In this document: positions 60,295-64,000 of the stretch, piece by piece
How positions within the stretch are numbered: position 1 is the first letter of the stretch
Layout of the letters: every line of letters begins with the position of its first letter
DNA from: an uncultured delta proteobacterium
Lineage (GTDB): Bacteria > Myxococcota_A > Polyangia > Fen-1088
Length of the DNA: 64,000 nt
Assembly (NCBI GenBank): GCA_963796685.1
Contig: CAWCMR010000009.1
Location: 192,001-256,000, forward strand
Reading direction: 5' to 3'
Notes under the pieces: generated by a model
Told to the model about the DNA's origin: nothing
Databases searched by the model: none
The model's input: the letters and a program-made list of their open reading frames with translations, nothing else
Made by a program: the position numbers and the translations under genes

Positions 60295-60858
60295 ATGCCG
60301 AGGCCCGAACCCGATCCCTACGCCATCCTGGGCGTCACCCGCAACGCCACCGAAGGCGAGATTCGCGCCGCCTACCACGCGCTGGTGGCCAAGTACCATC
60401 CCGACAAGCACCAGGGCAATCCGCTCGAAGGCTTGGCCGCCGAGAAGATGGCGGAGGTGAATCGCGCCTACGAGATCCTTTCCGATCCGGCGCGCCGGTC
60501 GGCCTACGACAGCGGCCAGGGCACCTGGCCGCGCGCGGCAACAAGCGGCTTCCCCGGTGGCGGCGGTCCTGGCTCCGTGGCCCGCAAACCCATGCGTTGG
60601 GTGCAGATCCTCGCGCTGCTCATGCTGCTGCCCCTCGCTTTGCGCTTCGGTGTCTTCATCGTACGCTTGCTCGTCCGCCTGGTGCGCGGCGCGGTCGAAG
60701 TATCGGCCGTGGCGCGCGGAACGCCCCTCGGCGCGGTGATCGTGCTGGCGACGATGGCGGTGCTCGCATTCGTCCTGATTCGCCGTAGGCGGACCAAGCG
60801 CCGCAAGGTAGGTGCCGGTGCCGGTGCCGGTGCCGGTGCCGGCCCCGGCAAGCCCTGA
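60295..60858 (+). CDS. J-domain protein with two C-terminal TM helices
   Basis: DPYAILGV, YHPD, VNRAYEILSDP; two hydrophobic segments. Confidence 0.88.
   Translation: MPRPEPDPYAILGVTRNATEGEIRAAYHALVAKYHPDKHQGNPLEGLAAEKMAEVNRAYEILSDPARRSAYDSGQGTWPRAATSGFPGGGGPGSVARKPMRWVQILALLMLLPLALRFGVFIVRLLVRLVRGAVEVSAVARGTPLGAVIVLATMAVLAFVLIRRRRTKRRKVGAGAGAGAGAGPGKP
60811..60840 (+). repeat. (GGTGCC)5 microsatellite encoding (GA)5
   Basis: five perfect hexamers. Confidence 0.9.
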
Positions 60859-60945
60859 TCGGCGCGGGAAAGTGCCCTGCGCCGCGCCGGTTTGGAGTAA
60901 AATCGGACGCTCTATGTTTGCGATCACGAACGCGGGAGGCGTGCG

Positions 60946-61935
60946 ATGAGTTTTCTTGCCAGGCAGCTACGCTCCGTCATCCAGTGGGAGAATCCCGATC
61001 CAAGCATTCTGTTCCAGCGCTGGACCGATAGCGGCGACGAGATCAAGAACGCCTCCAAGCTCATCGTCGGCCCCGGCCAAGGTTGCCTGTTCGTGTACGA
61101 GGGTCGCGTCGAGGCGGTCTACACCGAGGAAGGACTGTTCGAGCTGCGCACCGCCAACAAGCCCTTCTTCACCACCCTGACGAGGTTCATGCAGGGGTTC
61201 AAGAGCGAGCACAAGGTCGGCCTCTACTTCTTCCGCACGGCCAAGCTCCTGAACCTGAAATGGGGCACCGAATCCGCCATCAAATACCAGGATCCCGAGT
61301 ACAAGTTCCCGGTCGGCCTGCGCGCGTTCGGCAACTACTCCATGCGCATCGTCGAGCCGCGCTCCTTCTTCCAGCAAATCGTCGGCGGCGCCCAGGTCTT
61401 TCTCGTGGAAAATATCCGCGAGCCGCTCAATGCGCGCCTGGTGCAACCGCTGACGGATTTCTTCGCCGAGGCCGGCTACACGTACACGCAGATCGATCCC
61501 AACCGCGAGGAGATCGCGACGGCCCTGTCAGCCAAGCTCAGGCACGAGCTCACCCAGCTGGGATTCCTGCTCGAGGACTTCCGCATCCAGGGCACGAGCT
61601 TCGACGACGATACCATGCGCAGGATCAACCGCATCGCCGACGTCAGCGCCGAGGCCCGGGCCGCGAGCGCCGCGGGAGTCAGCTACGCGCAACTCCAACA
61701 GCTCGAAGCGCTACGGGAAGCGGCCAAGAACCAAGGCTCGGGTGGCGCCGGGATGGCCATGGCCGTGGGCATGGGCATGGCGGGGGCAATCCTGCCCCCG
61801 GCGGCGGGTCAAGCGGGTCCGCCGCCCGATGATGTCACGGCCAAGCTCGTGAAGCTCAAGTCCCTGCTCGACCAGCAGCTCATCACCCAGGCCGAACACG
61901 ACGCCAAGAAGAGGGAGATTCTTTCCGCGCTCTGA
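60946..61935 (+). CDS. SPFH domain protein (YdjI-like) with C-terminal SHOCT
   Basis: SKLIVGPGQ, KWGT, RAFGNY; GAGMAMAVGMGM; KLVKLKSLLDQQLITQAEHDAKKREIL. Confidence 0.85.
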   Translation: MSFLARQLRSVIQWENPDPSILFQRWTDSGDEIKNASKLIVGPGQGCLFVYEGRVEAVYTEEGLFELRTANKPFFTTLTRFMQGFKSEHKVGLYFFRTAKLLNLKWGTESAIKYQDPEYKFPVGLRAFGNYSMRIVEPRSFFQQIVGGAQVFLVENIREPLNARLVQPLTDFFAEAGYTYTQIDPNREEIATALSAKLRHELTQLGFLLEDFRIQGTSFDDDTMRRINRIADVSAEARAASAAGVSYAQLQQLEALREAAKNQGSGGAGMAMAVGMGMAGAILPPAAGQAGPPPDDVTAKLVKLKSLLDQQLITQAEHDAKKREILSAL

Positions 61936-61947
61936 CCGCAGTCCTGG

Positions 61948-62712
61948 TCAGCCGCGCGTGCTCGCGAAGAAGTTGCCTGCGATCGCCTCCCATGTCGCGT
62001 CGTCGATGTGGGCAGAAAGATCGTTCGACAGGACACCGCCGTCGGCCATGGTCGGCGCTGCCTGACGCCCGCCCAGGGCCTCGGCGAACCTGTCCACCTC
62101 GTCGCGGAACCAGGCCCGGATGGCAGAGCCACTGGTCAGGTGCCCGCGCTCGCCGCTGAAGTTGACCCCCTCCAGCCAAACCACCCAGCCGGCGCCATAG
62201 GGGCTGTCCTTGATCAAGGCGGGCTTTGCCGTGACCTCACGGTTGACGTCCGCGACGACGCCGCTGACGGGCGATTTCACCTCCAGGCGTCGCTGCTCGC
62301 GGCACAGGGTGAAGAGCGTCTGCCCCTGCTCGACCCGCGAGCCTATCGGCAGCGGCTCGACCGAAGCGACCGCTCCCAAGGCGGCGATGGCGAGCGCGTC
62401 CGCTCCAACCGTGGCCGAGCCAGGGGTTTCGGCCTTGGCCCACCCGTGCGCGCAGTGGACATAGAAGCTGGTCGGCGGGATGGTCAGGCCGTGGTATTGC
62501 GCCGCATTGTCGGCCTCGGCCATGAACCAGCGTCGCAGCCTGGGGCTGACCGCGATGGCGACGAGCGCCCCGACGATCATCAGAGGGATCAGTAGACGCA
62601 CGCCATAGGCCAGCCCCGCCAGCAGCGGGATGGCAGCGACAACCGCGATCGCCAGCCCCAAATAGAGCAGCGAATTCTTGGCCAATGTCTTTACGCTTTG
62701 AGAACGGGTCAT
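61948..62712 (-). CDS. membrane-anchored GcvH-like protein without lipoyl-Lys motif
   Basis: two N-terminal TMs; HGWA, VGAD, SPVSGVV..VN, SPYGAGW; TMADGG; GGAGG RBS. Confidence 0.8.
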   Translation of the reverse strand: MTRSQSVKTLAKNSLLYLGLAIAVVAAIPLLAGLAYGVRLLIPLMIVGALVAIAVSPRLRRWFMAEADNAAQYHGLTIPPTSFYVHCAHGWAKAETPGSATVGADALAIAALGAVASVEPLPIGSRVEQGQTLFTLCREQRRLEVKSPVSGVVADVNREVTAKPALIKDSPYGAGWVVWLEGVNFSGERGHLTSGSAIRAWFRDEVDRFAEALGGRQAAPTMADGGVLSNDLSAHIDDATWEAIAGNFFASTRG

Positions 62713-62756
62713 CGCTACCTCCCGGTCGCCATTCGAGGCGCCTTGCAGTGAGTCCA

Positions 62757-62772
62757 AGCAAGCGCCGTACCA
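62757..62772 (-). promoter_or_regulatory. sigma54 -24/-12 promoter
   Basis: minus strand TGGTACGGCGCTTGCT, near-consensus, 45 bp upstream of ATG 62712. Confidence 0.75.
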
Positions 62773-62982
62773 TCGGCCCCACGAATTCCGCTCCGCCTCC
62801 AGCAGCATCCCGGGACATCGTGATTTCAGGCGGATTCGCACGAGAATACCCGCAACGAGCGAAGCTTGGGCATGCCTGCCACCCCGGAGCGTTCCCTGAA
62901 CATGGGTGCTAGACCCATACCGTCAATGCTGTCTTTCTCGGCATTCCCGAAGGTGCGCCGTTGATTTTTTCCACACGGACCC

Positions 62983-62996
62983 TAACTATTTGAATT
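62983..62996. promoter_or_regulatory. IHF-like site in the divergent sigma54 control region
   Basis: TAACTATTTGAATT resembles the reverse of WATCAANNNNTTR, within an AT-rich island. Confidence 0.45.
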
Positions 62997-63107
62997 AAGA
63001 TACTTTTCGTTACCTGAATGGATGAATCGAGGGATCGGGACCATGAGCCATGTGGAAATCGTCGACAAGGCACGTGGATGTCAGACGACAGGACAAGCAC
63101 AAGGTGT

Positions 63108-63123
63108 TGGCTTCGTTCTTGCT
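63108..63123 (+). promoter_or_regulatory. sigma54 -24/-12 promoter
   Basis: TGGCTTCGTTCTTGCT (GG-N10-GC, TTGCT), 40 bp upstream of ATG 63163. Confidence 0.72.
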
Positions 63124-63162
63124 GTTGCCAGTGATCACTTTCCAAGCAAGGTGAGGCACTCG

Positions 63163-63957
63163 ATGGCTCCAAGCAGCAAGAACTCGGCATTCACAAGTCC
63201 GGCTCGTCGTGCCGGCGCGCGCTCGTCTCTCGGCACGGTTCCAGCCGAAAGCAAGGAGTGCATCTGGATGAGCGCGGGAGTCCTTTCCTACCGGCTCTGC
63301 GAGCGCGAATTCGACTGCGAGCACTGCCTGCTCGACAAGGCCCTGCACGGCGGCGATTCGGAATCTGCGACGGCCTGGACACCGGGCGAATGGGGGCCAA
63401 GCGGATACCGGCTCTTTCCCCAGGATCGCCATTTCAGTCCGTCGCACACCTGGGTGCTCCCGATGGGCTCCGCTTCCGTGCGGCTGGGGGTCGACGCGCT
63501 CGTGGCGTGGCTGCTGTCCGAGACCACCGCGCTCGAGCTCCCGGCCGTGGGCACCTGGCTCGAACGGGGCGAGGTCGCCGCCACCCTGCACGCCAAGGGC
63601 GGCAAGTTGACGATTCCAGCCCCGATCTCGGGCAAGATCTCCGGCCACAACGAAGCCGCCCAAGGCTGTCCCGAGCTCGTCGTCTCGGCACCCTACGGCG
63701 CCGGTTGGCTCGTGGACATGACGGTGGAGCCCGGCCGCAAGAACAAGCAGCTCGCGCAGCTTCTGTGCGGCCCCGACATGGAGAAGCTGAGCCGGTCCCA
63801 CTTGCACGGCTTTCACCGCCGCACCGACGACCTGCTCGCCGCGCGCCCGGCCCGTGTGGGCGCGACCATGGCCGACGGTGGGAAGGCCTTGACCGACCCG
63901 CGTGCCATGCTCGGCCACGCCCGCTACCTCAAACTCGTGCAGGAGCTCCTGACCTGA
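63163..63957 (+). CDS. GcvH-like protein with N-terminal four-Cys metal/Fe-S motif
   Basis: CIWMSAGVLSYRLC..CEHC; HTWV, LGVD, APISG, PYGAGWL; TMADGG; GAGG RBS and promoter support start 63163. Confidence 0.82.
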   Translation: MAPSSKNSAFTSPARRAGARSSLGTVPAESKECIWMSAGVLSYRLCEREFDCEHCLLDKALHGGDSESATAWTPGEWGPSGYRLFPQDRHFSPSHTWVLPMGSASVRLGVDALVAWLLSETTALELPAVGTWLERGEVAATLHAKGGKLTIPAPISGKISGHNEAAQGCPELVVSAPYGAGWLVDMTVEPGRKNKQLAQLLCGPDMEKLSRSHLHGFHRRTDDLLAARPARVGATMADGGKALTDPRAMLGHARYLKLVQELLT

Positions 63958-64000
63958 AACCACCGCCCAAGCCGCCCGACCCTTCCGCGACCGAGGAACC

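Noticed and set aside
60811-60840. (GGTGCC)5 as a phase-variation switch
   Set aside because: The unit length is a multiple of three and lies at the extreme C-terminus, so slippage would not change the frame
61948-63957. Calling these genes gcvH of a glycine cleavage system
   Set aside because: No ESVK lipoylation motif, extra domains present, and no gcvT/gcvP in view

Overview
GC-rich window from a myxobacterium (Myxococcota, probably Polyangia), inferred from MYXO-CTERM tails, Myxococcus Cys-rich repeats and Gly-rich lipoprotein stalks. In order: (1) a MexEF-like RND pump and an aldo/keto reductase; (2) a ~29 kb hemicellulose-degradation island (CE1, three GH43-type, GH127/146, GH30, beta-helix, GH54, GH2, GH31) in which every intact enzyme is surface-tethered through a Gly/Ser/Thr stalk, with a MITE, deleted CAZyme relics and ECF sigma genes inside it; (3) a sigma54-driven membrane polyferredoxin and a second RND pump; (4) Cys-rich lipoproteins, one with a CHAP domain; (5) two copies of a four-gene cassette (small outer-membrane beta-barrel, ECF sigma, membrane TPR anti-sigma, lipoprotein) that looks like a TonB-independent trans-envelope signalling system; (6) a B12 radical SAM gene divergent from a PlsA/Ger-like activase and a PlsR-like protein fused to a GltD/DsrL-like NAD(P)H Fe-S flavoprotein, followed by hflK, hflC, a J-domain membrane protein and an SPFH-SHOCT protein; (7) two divergent sigma54-driven GcvH-like genes without a canonical lipoylation motif. 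Four single-base +1 frameshifts, all at or next to AGCT, are probably sequencing errors. No rRNA, tRNA, CRISPR array or transposase was seen. All family calls come from motif recognition by eye, not database searches.
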